A program made the translations under genes and the position numbers. From a bacterium (GTDB lineage: Bacteria; UBA8248), in the NCBI GenBank assembly GCA_965219955.1, contig OZ244799.1:2848001-2912000 (forward strand): a stretch of 64,000 nt of DNA. Direction: 5' to 3'. The notes under the pieces were generated by a model. It did no database searches, was not told the origin of the DNA, and saw only the letters and a program-made list of their open reading frames with translations. Shown piece by piece: positions 29,532 to 40,576 of the stretch (the first letter of the stretch is position 1; each line of letters opens with the position of its first letter).

Positions 29532-30560
29532 ATGAAGGCCATGATCCTTAAAGAGTTCGGCAAACCCCTCGTCTATGAGGAGGCGCCCGAGCCCAAGATC
29601 GGCCCCCGCCAGGTGCTCGTCGAATCGAAGGCGAACGGCCTTTGCGCGACGGACTTGAAGATAGTGGACGGAAGCGTCAAGTCGGCCCCCACGCCCCTGA
29701 TGCTCGGCCACGAGAATTCCGGCGTCGTGCTGGAAGTCGGCGCGGAAGTCGAATCCGTCGCCCCCGGCGACCGCGTGGTCGTCGTGAGCAAACAGACCTG
29801 CGGGCGCTGCCGCATGTGCCGCCTGGGCCATGAGGAGATGTGCCTGAACTCGCCGGGACGGCTGGGCATCGAAATAGACGGCGGCTTCGGCCAACTCGTC
29901 GCGGCTTCCGAGCGGAATCTCGTCAAAATCGGGGAGAACGTCTCCCTGGCGGCGGCCTCTCTCATCGGCGGGACGCTCGGCTCCCCGCTCCACGCCATCC
30001 GCATGGCGCGGCCCGAACTCGGCGAGTGCGCCGTGATATTCGGGGTGGGAGGACTGGGGCTGCACGCCCTCCAGATCCTCCGCCACCTGGGCGCGAACGT
30101 CATCGCCGTGGACGTGAAGGAGGAAAAACTCGCCAAGGCGCGCGAACTGGGCGCCTTCGAGACCGTGAACGCCATGGAGACCGACCCGGTCAAGGCCGTG
30201 ATGGACATCACGGACGGCTTCGGGGCGGACATCGCGCTCGAGATCGTCGGCGGAGCCGCCGTGCCGCCCGTGCTCCAGCAGTGCATCGACCTGCTCCGGC
30301 CCGGCGGCCGCCTCGTCATCCTGGGCTATTCCTTCGGCCAGAAGGTGGAAATCGACCCCGCGCAACTCGTCTACAAGTGGATACAGATCGTCGCGTCGCA
30401 CAACCACACCGTGCGCGACGTAAGCGATGCCGCGAGCCTGGTGAACGATGGCCGCGTGCGCGCCGTCATCACCGAGGAAGCCCCGATGCCCGACGCCAAC
30501 GACGCGCTGGCCGCCCTGCGCGCGGGCGACCCGGTGGGCCGCATCGTGCTCACGTGGTGA
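29532..30560 (+). CDS. Zn-dependent alcohol dehydrogenase family
   Basis: GLCATD, GHE, CGRCRMC...C, GVGGLG. Confidence 0.9.
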   Translation: MKAMILKEFGKPLVYEEAPEPKIGPRQVLVESKANGLCATDLKIVDGSVKSAPTPLMLGHENSGVVLEVGAEVESVAPGDRVVVVSKQTCGRCRMCRLGHEEMCLNSPGRLGIEIDGGFGQLVAASERNLVKIGENVSLAAASLIGGTLGSPLHAIRMARPELGECAVIFGVGGLGLHALQILRHLGANVIAVDVKEEKLAKARELGAFETVNAMETDPVKAVMDITDGFGADIALEIVGGAAVPPVLQQCIDLLRPGGRLVILGYSFGQKVEIDPAQLVYKWIQIVASHNHTVRDVSDAASLVNDGRVRAVITEEAPMPDANDALAALRAGDPVGRIVLTW

Positions 30561-30623
30561 GGCGACCGGCCCGGTGAACTCATAAACCAGCAATACCCTT
30601 ACAACGCATCCGCAGGAGGCAGC

Positions 30624-32015
30624 ATGTCGCATCGAATCGAAACCGACAGCATGGGCGAGATCGAGGTGCCCGAAGACAAATACTACGGCGCGCAGACGGC
30701 GCGCTCGCTCGTTCACTTCAAGATAGGCGGCGACCGCTTCCCGCGCGAGGTCATCCGCGCGCTGGGAATCCTGAAGAAAGCCGCCGCGGTGACGAACGAG
30801 GAGTTGGGGATTCTCGATTCCGGGAAGGCCGCGCTCATCAACCAGGCGGCGGATGAGGTGATCGCGGGCGATCTGGACGCGCATTTCCCGCTCGTCGTCT
30901 GGCAGACCGGCAGCGGCACGCAGACGAACATGAACGCGAACGAGGTCATCGCGAACCGCGCCATCGAAATCGCGGGCGGCGTGATGGGCTCCAAGGACCC
31001 GATCCACCCCAACGACGACGTGAACAAGGCGCAGTCCTCGAACGACACCTTCCCGACGGCGATGCACGTCGCGGCGGGCGAGCAGATGACGAAGAAACTC
31101 ATCCCCGCCGTGGAGATGCTTAGGGCTACGCTCGCGCAGAAGGCGGAGGCCTTCGATTCGATCATCAAGATCGGCCGCACGCATCTCATGGACGCCGTTC
31201 CTCTCACACTCGGCCAGGAGTTCTCGGGCTACGCGCAGCAACTGGAAAACGGTTTGGCGCGCGTCAAAATGTCGCTGGACGGGATTTACGAGCTCGCCCT
31301 CGGCGGAACGGCGGTGGGCACGGGCCTCAACACCCACCCCGACTTCGCGGACAAGGCCGCCGCCCGGATCGCCGAGATGACGGGGCTTCCCTTCCGCAGC
31401 GCGCCCAACAAGTTCGAGGCGCTCGCCGCGCACGATGCGGTCGTGTTCGCGAGCGGTGCGGTGAAGACCCTGGCGGCGTCGCTGATGAAGATAGCGAACG
31501 ACATACGGATGCTGGCGTCCGGCCCCCGCTGCGGCGTGGGCGAGTTGCTCATCCCCGAGAACGAGCCGGGAAGCTCCATCATGCCCGGCAAGGTGAACCC
31601 CACCCAGAGCGAGGCGATGACGATGGTGTGCGCCCAGGTGATGGGCAACGACGTGGCGGTGAACGTGGGCGGCGCGACGGGGCATTTCGAGCTGAACGTG
31701 TTCAAGCCCGTGATGATCTTCAACCTGCTCAATTCAGTCAGGCTGCTGGCCGATGCGTGCGTTTCGTTCAACGAGCACTGCGCGGTGGGCATCGAACCCA
31801 ACCGGCCGGCGATAGAAGGCTATCTCCAGAACTCGCTCATGCTCGTCACGGCGCTGAACCCCGTCATCGGCTACGACAACGCGGCCAGGGTGGCGAAAAA
31901 GGCGTTCACCGAGGGCGGCACCCTGCGCGACGCGGCCATCGCCCTCGACCTCCTCACGGGCGAGGAGTTCGATGCCGCCGTCAAACCCGAGAACATGATC
32001 GGCCCGAGGGGGTAG
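30624..32015 (+). CDS. fumC: Class II fumarate hydratase
   Basis: [25 protein letters not shown]. Confidence 0.97.
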   Translation: MSHRIETDSMGEIEVPEDKYYGAQTARSLVHFKIGGDRFPREVIRALGILKKAAAVTNEELGILDSGKAALINQAADEVIAGDLDAHFPLVVWQTGSGTQTNMNANEVIANRAIEIAGGVMGSKDPIHPNDDVNKAQSSNDTFPTAMHVAAGEQMTKKLIPAVEMLRATLAQKAEAFDSIIKIGRTHLMDAVPLTLGQEFSGYAQQLENGLARVKMSLDGIYELALGGTAVGTGLNTHPDFADKAAARIAEMTGLPFRSAPNKFEALAAHDAVVFASGAVKTLAASLMKIANDIRMLASGPRCGVGELLIPENEPGSSIMPGKVNPTQSEAMTMVCAQVMGNDVAVNVGGATGHFELNVFKPVMIFNLLNSVRLLADACVSFNEHCAVGIEPNRPAIEGYLQNSLMLVTALNPVIGYDNAARVAKKAFTEGGTLRDAAIALDLLTGEEFDAAVKPENMIGPRG

Positions 32016-32110
32016 ATTCCGGCATTTCGTCTTTCCAACCCGTAGGGGCGGTTCATGAACCCCGGACAGGCGCAGGGGCCAGTCCGGCTACGGGCGAATG
32101 TGGTTTTGAT

Positions 32111-32248
32111 CGTCATTCCGGCGAAAGCCGGAATCCATTTGCGGATGCGGGTGGATGAACGACGGCGTTTCATTCCCCGCCGATGCGCAGAAACCCTGAC
32201 GAAAGGCAAAAGGCGTAAAAATGGATTCCGGCTTTCGCCGGAATGACG
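32111..32248. repeat. Inverted CGTC-type palindrome pair (REPIN-like)
   Basis: CGTCATTCCGGCGAAAGCCGGAATCCA (32111-32137) and its reverse complement (32222-32248), identical to the 4190/4378 copies. Confidence 0.8.
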
Positions 32249-32272
32249 GCCTTAGGGTCTCTTGACATCGAA

Positions 32273-33319
32273 TTACCCCCTCTCCGCAAACCCCGTAAAA
32301 GCCACGGGTATCGTCTGGATGTCCTGAATCAAATCGGGCGGGAGGTCCCTGTCCGCCGTGGGGAGCATCCCTGCGTAGAGGGTGTCGACGCCGTTCCCGA
32401 AGCGCGTCTCTATCACATCTTTGATTTCCGAGTGCACACCCACGGCGGCGAAAAGGCGCACCAGGTCGTCGGGTATCTCGCCCGCCAGCTCACCCCATTT
32501 GCCCTCGCGCGTCATCTGCCTGAGTTTCCGCCCCAGGTCGCCGTAGCCGTGCATCTCGAGAATCGGCCAGTAATCGGGCGTGGAGCCGTAAAAGCCGAGG
32601 CGCACCTTGACCTCATCCATCCCGCGGCGCAGGGCCTCCTCATCGCGTCCGGTGACGACGTAGCCGCCGCCGGTGATCTCGAAGTTCCCGCGCTCAATCC
32701 CGTTCTCCCCGAATCCCTCCGTGAGCCTCGGCAGGCAGAACTCCTCGAAATACCGGCTGGTGCAGAAAGGGTGCAGACGCACGCCGTCGCAGCGGCTCCC
32801 CGCGACTTTCAGCATCCCCGGCCCCACCGCCGCAATGGTGACGGGCGCCATGGGCTGCCCTCCCGATGGCGGCGTGAAGGCGGGCGTCATGAGGCTGAAC
32901 TGGTAGTGCTCGCCCTGGTAATCGAGCTTTTCCCCGCTTTGCCAGGCGCGCCATATCGCGCGGAGCGATTCCACGTATTCGCGCATCCTAGCGGCGGGCG
33001 CGCTCCAGGGCACGCTGAAACGACGCACGTTGTGCGCCCGTATCTGGGGCCCAAGTCCCAGGACGAACCGCCCGCCCGAGCCGACCTGCAGATCCCACGC
33101 GGCGTTCGCGCACACCATGGGACTCCTCGGAAAAGCGATGGCCACGGCGGTCAGAAGCTCTATGCGCTCGGTCTCCACCGCCGCCACGGCCAGGGGCAGG
33201 AACGGGTGGTGCGCGTTTTCCATGGTCATGGCGCCGTCATAGCCTGCCGCTTCGATTTCTCGCGCGGCGGGACCCGCTTTTTTCAGGTCATCCATCGGTA
33301 GTGTGGTCATGATACGCAT
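32273..33319 (-). CDS. LLM-class, probably F420-dependent oxidoreductase
   Basis: HHPFLPLA, AFPRSPM, GRFVLGLGPQIRAHNVRRF. Confidence 0.85.
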   Translation of the reverse strand: MRIMTTLPMDDLKKAGPAAREIEAAGYDGAMTMENAHHPFLPLAVAAVETERIELLTAVAIAFPRSPMVCANAAWDLQVGSGGRFVLGLGPQIRAHNVRRFSVPWSAPAARMREYVESLRAIWRAWQSGEKLDYQGEHYQFSLMTPAFTPPSGGQPMAPVTIAAVGPGMLKVAGSRCDGVRLHPFCTSRYFEEFCLPRLTEGFGENGIERGNFEITGGGYVVTGRDEEALRRGMDEVKVRLGFYGSTPDYWPILEMHGYGDLGRKLRQMTREGKWGELAGEIPDDLVRLFAAVGVHSEIKDVIETRFGNGVDTLYAGMLPTADRDLPPDLIQDIQTIPVAFTGFAERG

Positions 33320-33457
33320 CTCGAAACTCCTGTCTTGATAAAGAAAACGCCGCCGGGCGGCGGCGCGGCGCCATGATACACGATCCATCCCGCGCGCACA
33401 TCGTGATATGATGGCGCATCGAACACACGCTCAAGCGCATCCAGTGGAGCAGCCTCC

Positions 33458-34204
33458 ATGGCCCAGCCGTGCCGTCTCGAATACCGGGGCTTTCACCAGC
33501 TCGAACTCGTGCGCCACGGCGGCGAGGAGATCCGTATCGGCGGACAGCCCCGTACCCTGCAGGAACCTCCGCCCAACGTGGCCTCGCGGCCTCCCGTCGA
33601 TACGGTGCAGTACGTCTATGCGAAGTGGGATGAAAAGCGCGAGCGCGTGAAGCTGGTCGCCTCGACGACGGGGCACGAAACCCTGGACGGCGAGGAGGTG
33701 ATGCGCGGCGAGCCGGCGGCGCTCCTCGTCGGCATGGGCAGGCCCTATGAGAGCAGGCCCAGGCACTACCACTGGGCGGACAGGCCCGAGCACAGGACGC
33801 TCATCCTGAGCCGGCACAACCGGAAGCGGGTCGAGTGGCGGCAAAGGCTGCGCGCGGATGCGGCGGTTTCACCGGGCGAATGGCGTGAGATTTCGCCCGA
33901 TATGAGCGTCTCTTTTCTCGTGTGGGGAGAGGAGGAGGCGGGTCTCGAAATCGAGGGCCGCGTGCGGAACGAGGGGGCCGCCTCGCCGCTGCTCCTGGGC
34001 GTGGGTCTCGACGGCGCGCCGCCCGAATCGGCTGACTTGGAGATTACGCCGAAAGAGGCGTCACAGGATTTCAGACTCGATATCGAAAGACGCTTCGCGC
34101 GCGATGAGGAGGGCTTTCACACGCTTTCTCTATACGGAAAAACCGAAGACGCGTCCTGGACTGCTCTTCAAGGCGCGACGCTACGCTATTCCACCCTTGG
34201 CTAA
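33458..34204 (+). CDS. Hypothetical protein
   Basis: 248-aa ORF with GGAG SD and host-like codon usage; abuts the next gene. Confidence 0.6.
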   Translation: MAQPCRLEYRGFHQLELVRHGGEEIRIGGQPRTLQEPPPNVASRPPVDTVQYVYAKWDEKRERVKLVASTTGHETLDGEEVMRGEPAALLVGMGRPYESRPRHYHWADRPEHRTLILSRHNRKRVEWRQRLRADAAVSPGEWREISPDMSVSFLVWGEEEAGLEIEGRVRNEGAASPLLLGVGLDGAPPESADLEITPKEASQDFRLDIERRFARDEEGFHTLSLYGKTEDASWTALQGATLRYSTLG

Positions 34205-34215
34205 GGAGCAAGGCG

Positions 34216-35349
34216 ATCAACGAATCTCATCAAGACCCCAAATTCCTGCATGACCTCGGCGTCCGCCGCGTCATCAGCGCGCGCACCCGCCAGACCGTCT
34301 TCGGCGGCTCGAAACTGAGGCCCGAAATCTGGGCCGCCATGCGGGAGGCGAACGCCGCCCAGGTGGACATGAACGAGTTGCACGCCAAGGCGGGCGCGCG
34401 CATCGCGGAGATGACGCAAAACGAGGCGGCCTACGTCACGAGCGGCTCCGCCGCAGGCCTCGCGCTAAGTGCCGCCGCCTGCATCACGGGCGGGAACCCG
34501 GCCCTCATGGACAAGCTCCCCTTCACCGACGGCCTCAAGAACGAGATCGTGATCCATCGCTTCCAGCGGAACCATTACGACATCAACATCCGCCAGGCGG
34601 GGGCGCGGCTCGTCGAGATCGGCTCGCACCGCCAGACCCACCCCTGGGAGTTAGAGGAGGCCATCGGCGAGAAGACGGCGGCCGTCTTCTACTTCCCGGG
34701 TCAGTACATGGGCCGGAACATCCTGAAGCCGGAGACCATCATCGAGATCGCGCACGCCAGGAACGTGCCCGTGGTCGTGGACGCGGCGGCGCAGCTTCCA
34801 CCGTCCGGCAATCTCTGGCGCTACACCAAGGAGATGGGGGCGGACGCCGCCATCTTCAGCGGGGGGAAGAGCATCGGCGGGCCGCAGAACACCGGAATCA
34901 TCCTCGGCAAAAAGGAGATCATCGACGCCTGCGCCATGATGGGAAGCCCCAGGTATTCGGTCGGACGGCCCATGAAGGCGGGGCGCGACGACATCGTGGG
35001 CCTGGTCTGCGCGCTCGAACATTACCTGGACGAGGGCGAGGCCGCACAGTACGCCCACAACGAAAAATGGTGTGAGTTCTTCATGGAGCGCACTGCCGGG
35101 ATGAAAGGGTTATCCCCTCGCATCAGGCGCCCCAACGCCCTGGGGCAGGATTTGCCCGAAGTCGTGATCGATATCGACGAGGAAACGCTCGGCAAATCAC
35201 GCGATAAGATCGCCGCTTCGCTGTGGGAGTGCGAGGTGCGGGTGCAGGTCGGCGTATCGGGTGAATCGGATATCTACATCTCCCCCGACCCGCTCACCGA
35301 CGCCGACGCGGAATACCTGTGGGCGAGGTTCGTGGAGGTTGTTTCGTGA
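34216..35349 (+). CDS. SelA-like / DgaE-family PLP-dependent enzyme, probable ATC start
   Basis: LGVRRVISA...GGS lies upstream of the first ATG (34339); VVVDAAAQ and FSGGKSIGGPQ PLP-Lys motifs. Confidence 0.82.
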   Translation: MNESHQDPKFLHDLGVRRVISARTRQTVFGGSKLRPEIWAAMREANAAQVDMNELHAKAGARIAEMTQNEAAYVTSGSAAGLALSAAACITGGNPALMDKLPFTDGLKNEIVIHRFQRNHYDINIRQAGARLVEIGSHRQTHPWELEEAIGEKTAAVFYFPGQYMGRNILKPETIIEIAHARNVPVVVDAAAQLPPSGNLWRYTKEMGADAAIFSGGKSIGGPQNTGIILGKKEIIDACAMMGSPRYSVGRPMKAGRDDIVGLVCALEHYLDEGEAAQYAHNEKWCEFFMERTAGMKGLSPRIRRPNALGQDLPEVVIDIDEETLGKSRDKIAASLWECEVRVQVGVSGESDIYISPDPLTDADAEYLWARFVEVVS

Positions 35350-35379
35350 GGGATGGGCAAGAAAAAAACAGCAGGATTG

Positions 35380-35407
35380 GTAGAGGCCGTTCGCGAACGG
35401 CCCCTAC
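35380..35407. repeat. GTAG-type REP palindrome
   Basis: GTAGAGGCCGTTCGCGAACGGCCCCTAC. Confidence 0.7.
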
Positions 35408-35432
35408 ATTTTCGCCACGCCGATTTATAGAC

Positions 35433-35905
35433 CGTCATTCCGGCGCATGCCGGAATCCAGAAAGATTTTTTGAGCAATGAAACAACCCTGCGTATACATT
35501 CTCGCAAGCAAACGTAACGGAACGCTTTATATCGGTGTTACATCAGACCTCATCCGGCGGGTCTGGCAACACAAGAATGATATGGCAGAAGGCTTCACGA
35601 AGCGTTACGGCATCCACAAGCTGGTCTGGTACGAGAGCCATGAAACAATGGAGAGTGCAATTACGAATGAGAAGAGGCTTAAAAACTGGCCGAGGTCTTG
35701 GAAAATCGGGTTAATTGAAGAGAGGAATCCTGAATGGAATGACTTATACGGAGACCTCATCGGCTCTGGATTCCGGCATTCGCCGGAATGACGGCAACTT
35801 CGCAATGCTTCGTCAGGTTCAAGGCCTTTCCATCCGGCCACACCCCGCATTCTTCTCGCTTCCGATAAGCAAACCCAACGTCATTCCGGCGAATGCCGGA
35901 ATCCA
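35433..35905. repeat. Three CGTC-type palindromes around the GIY-YIG gene
   Basis: 35433-35459 (forward), 35767-35793 (reverse), 35879-35905 (forward). Confidence 0.8.
35477..35791 (+). CDS. Stand-alone GIY-YIG nuclease
   Basis: CVYILASKRNGTLYIGVTSDLIRRVWQHK...EKRLKNWPRSWKIGLIEERNPEW. Confidence 0.92.
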   Translation: MKQPCVYILASKRNGTLYIGVTSDLIRRVWQHKNDMAEGFTKRYGIHKLVWYESHETMESAITNEKRLKNWPRSWKIGLIEERNPEWNDLYGDLIGSGFRHSPE

Positions 35906-35960
35906 GGACCGATCAATTTCCCTATGATGCAGACATCTCGAATGTCAGGTATTTACGGCC

Positions 35961-36019
35961 GTAGGGACAACCCCCCGTGGTTGTCCTTCGCCAGGACAGG
36001 CACGGAGGCCTGTCCCTAC
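35961..36019. repeat. GTAG-type REP doublet
   Basis: GTAGGGACAACCCCCCGTGGTTGTCCT...AGGACAGGCACGGAGGCCTGTCCCTAC. Confidence 0.7.
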
Positions 36020-36046
36020 GAAACCACCGAAAGGGTCGTCCTGCCC

Positions 36047-38755
36047 CTAATTCTCGCCGCTCTTCAGGAGCTGCCGCAGCACGTACTGCAGGATGCCGCC
36101 GTGCTGGTAGTAGGCCACCTCGTTGGGGGTGTCGATGCGCACGGTGGCGTCGAATACGATCGCCTCGCCGCCATTCTCCGGCGTGGCGGTGACGCGCACC
36201 TGTTTGGCTTCTCCCTGCTCCACACCCTCGATGTCGAAGGTCTCCCGCCCCGTGAGGCCAAGTCCCTCCGCCGAGTCGCCCGGCTTGAACTGGAGCGGCA
36301 GCACGCCCATCCCCACCAGGTTCGAGCGGTGGATGCGCTCGAAGCTCTCGGCGATGACGGCGCGGATGCCGAGCAGGCTCGACCCCTTGGCGGCCCAGTC
36401 GCGCGAGGAGCCCGTGCCGTATTCCTTGCCGCCCAGGACGACGAGGGGAATCCCCGCTTCCTGGTACTGCATCGCCGCGTCGTAGATGGGCATGACCTCG
36501 TTCGTCGGGAAATAGGTGGTGAAGCCGCCCTCGGTGCCCGGCGCCGCCCGGTTGCGCAGGCGCACGTTCGAGAAGGTGCCGCGCATCATCACCTCGTGGT
36601 TCCCGCGCCTGGAGCCGTAGGAGTTGAAATTATCGGGCAGCACGTCGTTCATCACCAGGAAATGCCCGCCCGGGCTGTCGCGCTTGATGGAACCGGCGGG
36701 CGAGATGTGGTCCGTCGTCACCGAATCGCCCAGAAGCGCGAGGCAGCGCGCGCCTGCGATGTCCTCGACCGGCTCGGGTTCGGCCTTCATGCCGTCGAAA
36801 TAGGGAGCCTTCCGGATGTAGGTGGACATGTCGTCCCAATCGAACAGGCCGCCCTCGGGCGTCGGGATGCCCTGCCAGCGCAGGTCGCCCCGGAACACGT
36901 CGCCGTAGCTTTTCTGAAACATGTCCGCATTCACGTGGTTCATCACCACGTCCTGAAGCTCGCTCTGCGTGGGCCAGATGTCTCTCAAGTACACCGGATT
37001 TCCGTCCTGATCTTCCCCGAGGGGGTCTCGCGTGATGTCCAGGTCCATGCGCCCGGCGATGGCGTAGGCCACCACCAGGGGCGGTGAGGCCAGGAAGTTC
37101 ATGCGCACCTCCGCGTGCACGCGGCCCTCGAAGTTCCGGTTGCCCGAGAGCACCGAGCAGGCGACGAGATCGCCCTCGGCCACGGCCTGGGAGATGTGCG
37201 CGGGCAGAGGCCCCGAGTTCCCGATGCAGGTCGTGCAGCCGTAGCCCACGTTGTGGAAGCCGAGCGCCTCTAAATAGGGCGTGAGGCCCGCGCTCTTCAG
37301 ATACTCCGTCACCACCATCGAACCGGGAGCGAGCGAGGTTTTGACCCAGGGCTTGGCTTTCAGTCCGCGCTCGGCGGCTTTTTTCGCCACGAGTCCCGCA
37401 CCCAGCATGACGGTGGGGTTCGAGGTGTTCGTGCAGCTCGTGATCGCCGCGATGACGACCGCGCCGTGCGTTATCTCGTAAGTCTTCGTTCCATCCCGCA
37501 CGGTGACGGCGGCGGGCGCCACGGCCGTTCCGCCGCCATCGCCGCCGCCGAGCTCCGTGAGCATCTTGTCGAGTTCGCGCTCGAAGGTGGCGCTGGCTTC
37601 CGTGAGGACGATGCGATCCTGCGGACGCTTGGGACCCGAGATGCTGGGGACGACGTCGCCCAAGTCCAGTTCCAGCGTGTCGGTGTAGACCGCTTCGGGC
37701 GAATCCGCCTCGCGGAACATGCCCTGCGCCTTCGCGTAGGCCTCCACCAACGCGATCTGTTCCGCCGGCCTGTTCGTGAGCTCCATGTACTTGAGGGTTT
37801 CGCCATCGATGGGGAAGATGCCGCAGGTCGCGCCGTATTCGGGCGCCATGTTGGCGAGCGTCGCGCGGTCGGCGAGCGGCAGGTTGTCCAGGCCCGGCCC
37901 GTAGAACTCGACGAACTTGCCCACGACGCCCTTCTCCCGCAGCATCTGCACGACCACGAGCACGAGGTCGGTCGCCGTGGCGCCCTCTCTCAGATCGCCC
38001 GAAAGCCGGAAGCCCACCACGTCGGGGATGAGCATCGAGTAGGGCTGGCCCAGCATGGCGGCTTCGGCCTCGATGCCGCCCACGCCCCAGCCGAGGACGC
38101 CGATGCCGTTGATCATCGTGGTGTGCGAATCCGTGCCCACGACGGTATCGGGGAAGGCGCGCGTGACGCCTCCTTTTTCGTCCGTGCCCACCACCGGGGC
38201 GAGGAACTCCAGGTTCACCTGGTGGACGATGCCGGTGTCGGGCGGAACGGCGCGGAAGTTGTCAAAGGCGTTCTGCGCCCAGCGCAGGAAGGCGTAGCGC
38301 TCGGTATTGCGGTCGTATTCGAGTTGCGCGTTGTTCTCGAGCGCCGTCTCGGTGCCGAACTCGTCCACCTGCACGGAGTGGTCGATCACCAGATCGACGG
38401 GCTGCAAGGGATTGATGAGGTCGGGGTCGCCGCCCAGGTCCTTCATGGCGTCGCGCATGGCGGCCAGATCCACCACGACGGGAACGCCGGTAAAATCCTG
38501 CAACAAGACGCGGCTCGGCATGAAGCCGATTTCTTTCGCCTCCGCGTTTTTCGCGTCCCAGGAGGCGAGCGCCTCGATGTCGGCGGCGCGCACGGAGCGC
38601 CCGTCCTCGTTCCTGAGGAGGTTCTCCAGCAGGACCTTCATCGCGAAGGGCAGCCGCGCGACGTCGCCCTTGTGTTTAAGCGCGTCTATCCGGTAAATCT
38701 CATAGGTTTTCCCGCCGACTTCGAGTTGTGAGCGGGCATTGAAGCTGTTGCTCAT
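36047..38755 (-). CDS. acnA: Aconitate hydratase A
   Basis: [40 protein letters not shown]. Confidence 0.98.
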   Translation of the reverse strand: MSNSFNARSQLEVGGKTYEIYRIDALKHKGDVARLPFAMKVLLENLLRNEDGRSVRAADIEALASWDAKNAEAKEIGFMPSRVLLQDFTGVPVVVDLAAMRDAMKDLGGDPDLINPLQPVDLVIDHSVQVDEFGTETALENNAQLEYDRNTERYAFLRWAQNAFDNFRAVPPDTGIVHQVNLEFLAPVVGTDEKGGVTRAFPDTVVGTDSHTTMINGIGVLGWGVGGIEAEAAMLGQPYSMLIPDVVGFRLSGDLREGATATDLVLVVVQMLREKGVVGKFVEFYGPGLDNLPLADRATLANMAPEYGATCGIFPIDGETLKYMELTNRPAEQIALVEAYAKAQGMFREADSPEAVYTDTLELDLGDVVPSISGPKRPQDRIVLTEASATFERELDKMLTELGGGDGGGTAVAPAAVTVRDGTKTYEITHGAVVIAAITSCTNTSNPTVMLGAGLVAKKAAERGLKAKPWVKTSLAPGSMVVTEYLKSAGLTPYLEALGFHNVGYGCTTCIGNSGPLPAHISQAVAEGDLVACSVLSGNRNFEGRVHAEVRMNFLASPPLVVAYAIAGRMDLDITRDPLGEDQDGNPVYLRDIWPTQSELQDVVMNHVNADMFQKSYGDVFRGDLRWQGIPTPEGGLFDWDDMSTYIRKAPYFDGMKAEPEPVEDIAGARCLALLGDSVTTDHISPAGSIKRDSPGGHFLVMNDVLPDNFNSYGSRRGNHEVMMRGTFSNVRLRNRAAPGTEGGFTTYFPTNEVMPIYDAAMQYQEAGIPLVVLGGKEYGTGSSRDWAAKGSSLLGIRAVIAESFERIHRSNLVGMGVLPLQFKPGDSAEGLGLTGRETFDIEGVEQGEAKQVRVTATPENGGEAIVFDATVRIDTPNEVAYYQHGGILQYVLRQLLKSGEN

Positions 38756-38994
38756 CTTTCACCTCTTTCGGACGGGAAATCCGCCTCCCCGAGAAGCCAC
38801 CGGGAAAACGTCCCCCACCCCGTCAAGCGCTCGTTGCTTCTGAAACCGGCCCCGGAGGCCGGCTCAGGGCAAAAGCTATAACCGATTGAATCATATTGGA
38901 TTGCGGAAATACCGACTTTCTACTCTTGGGGATAATACCACAGATAAAGGCAGAGGACGAGGGCGATCAGAAATTCACGCCCCGGCAGCGCTTC

Positions 38995-39429
38995 TTATGC
39001 CTCCTTCACCACCATATAGGTGGCCGAGGCGAAGCAGATGAGCCTTTCCGCGTCATCGAGGATGCGGATCTCCCAAACGGAAGTCTTGCGCCCCAGATGC
39101 AGGGCCTTCGCCTCGCCGACGAGGGTTCCCTCCTTCACGGGGCGGACGAAGTTCACCTTCATCTCCACCGTCACCACCTCCGTCCCGACCGGGTAGCTCA
39201 CGTAGCTGCCCACGCCGCCCACCGTGTCGGCGAGTGAGGCCAGCGCGCCGCCGTGGATGATACCGAAGGGCTGAAAGAGCCTCGGCTCCACGGGCATCGC
39301 GACGCGGGCGAAGCCCTCTTCGGCTTCCAGAACCTCGAAACCCAGGAGGTCGTTGAAATTCCCCCGCCAGCGGGCCTGGAACACCCGCTCGACCTCCTCC
39401 CTCGTCCAAGAGCGACCCATCGTCATCAC
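38995..39429 (-). CDS. PaaI-family thioesterase
   Basis: QPFGIIHGGALASLAD. Confidence 0.88.
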   Translation of the reverse strand: MMTMGRSWTREEVERVFQARWRGNFNDLLGFEVLEAEEGFARVAMPVEPRLFQPFGIIHGGALASLADTVGGVGSYVSYPVGTEVVTVEMKVNFVRPVKEGTLVGEAKALHLGRKTSVWEIRILDDAERLICFASATYMVVKEA

Positions 39430-39553
39430 CTCGAACGCGCGCGCCTCGCGTGAGAGTCGTGCGCGTGAAAAAAGTCCAGGAATTCAACGGAATACCGACG
39501 ACGAAACGGAACCACCTCGGAAAGACTGTAGAGCTTCCGTGAAACGCCGCAAC

Positions 39554-39865
39554 CTACGCCGATCTTTTGAGCAGCACCGCCAGGGCTTCGGTTGATTTAT
39601 CCAGGCCCTCGTTTGTCTTATCCATGCTTTCCAGCGTTTTATCAAAGCCCTCGAGAGTTTTATCCAAACTGGCCATTGTTTTATCCAAGCTCTGCATGGT
39701 TTTCCGCAGCGCTTCCCTGCCCTCCCGGCCCTGGGCGATGATCTCATCGAGCGCTTTGTCCCTTTGCCTTGTGCCGGCGCGCATGGTGTAGAGGCCATAC
39801 CAGATCAAAACGCACTGCGCGATGCCTATGAGGTCTCCCGTATTGATCGGCTGCAAATTGATCAT
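39554..39865 (-). CDS. Hypothetical N-terminal-TM coiled-coil protein with heptad repeats
   Basis: SLDKTMA-SLDKTLE-GFDKTLE-SMDKTNE-GLDKSTE; 21-bp DNA periodicity. Confidence 0.6.
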   Translation of the reverse strand: MINLQPINTGDLIGIAQCVLIWYGLYTMRAGTRQRDKALDEIIAQGREGREALRKTMQSLDKTMASLDKTLEGFDKTLESMDKTNEGLDKSTEALAVLLKRSA

Positions 39866-39967
39866 CTTTCCGCATCCTCTCTTTCCGGGTCCTCATTCAG
39901 GTTATCGGGGTTATCTCGTGAACATTATAGAACCAAAACGCGGGATGAACGCAAACGCGCCCGCCGC

Positions 39968-40504
39968 TCATCGGGAGGAAGTACGGGCTGGATTCCCCAT
40001 GCGTTGTGCGGCTTCCGTGTGGTTTCGGCGGTTCCGCTGTCCGAAACTCTCTATCGACTTGGCGATGCCGGCAAGGGTCTTTGGAGGACCATATAATCCT
40101 CTGGTATCCAGTTCTCGCAATCTCGATGTTTCCCAGTCAGCCAGACACTTGAATACAGTGGATACGACTTGCCCTCTGGACTTGATGCGAGAAACGTCTT
40201 TCCCCTCCTGCTCCAGGAAAGCGCGGACGTGGTTGACGTTCGGCATGAAGGCCTTGTCTTCATATTTCTTCGCAAGCGTCATCAGGACGCTCTTTTTCCT
40301 TGCATCCGACAACGCCAAAGAACCTACGATAGAAACCGCGTTTGGTTTAGTCCTTGGTTTCTTAGCTCGCTTGACTGAGGAGCTTTTTGAAGCAGGAGCG
40401 CGTTTGAGCTTAGGGTCGAAATCCTCCAGCGCTTCACGTACTATCTCATACCCGCAATCATCAACAAGAGTTGAGAGCAAGTCTCGCAAAGTATCTTTTT
40501 CCAT
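39968..40504 (-). CDS. Hypothetical protein (lower GC)
   Basis: AAGGAGG SD; 178-aa ORF. Confidence 0.6.
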   Translation of the reverse strand: MEKDTLRDLLSTLVDDCGYEIVREALEDFDPKLKRAPASKSSSVKRAKKPRTKPNAVSIVGSLALSDARKKSVLMTLAKKYEDKAFMPNVNHVRAFLEQEGKDVSRIKSRGQVVSTVFKCLADWETSRLRELDTRGLYGPPKTLAGIAKSIESFGQRNRRNHTEAAQRMGNPARTSSR

Positions 40505-40576
40505 GCTCACCCCTCCTTGGGCGATAAACCCATCATCTCCGCGATACGGGCGAGAACGGTGCTCCCGAAGGTCCGA

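Noticed and set aside
34216-35349. True selenocysteine synthase selA
   Set aside because: Short (about 377 aa), lacks the SelA N-terminal domain and has no adjacent selB; fits the SelA-like/DgaE group.
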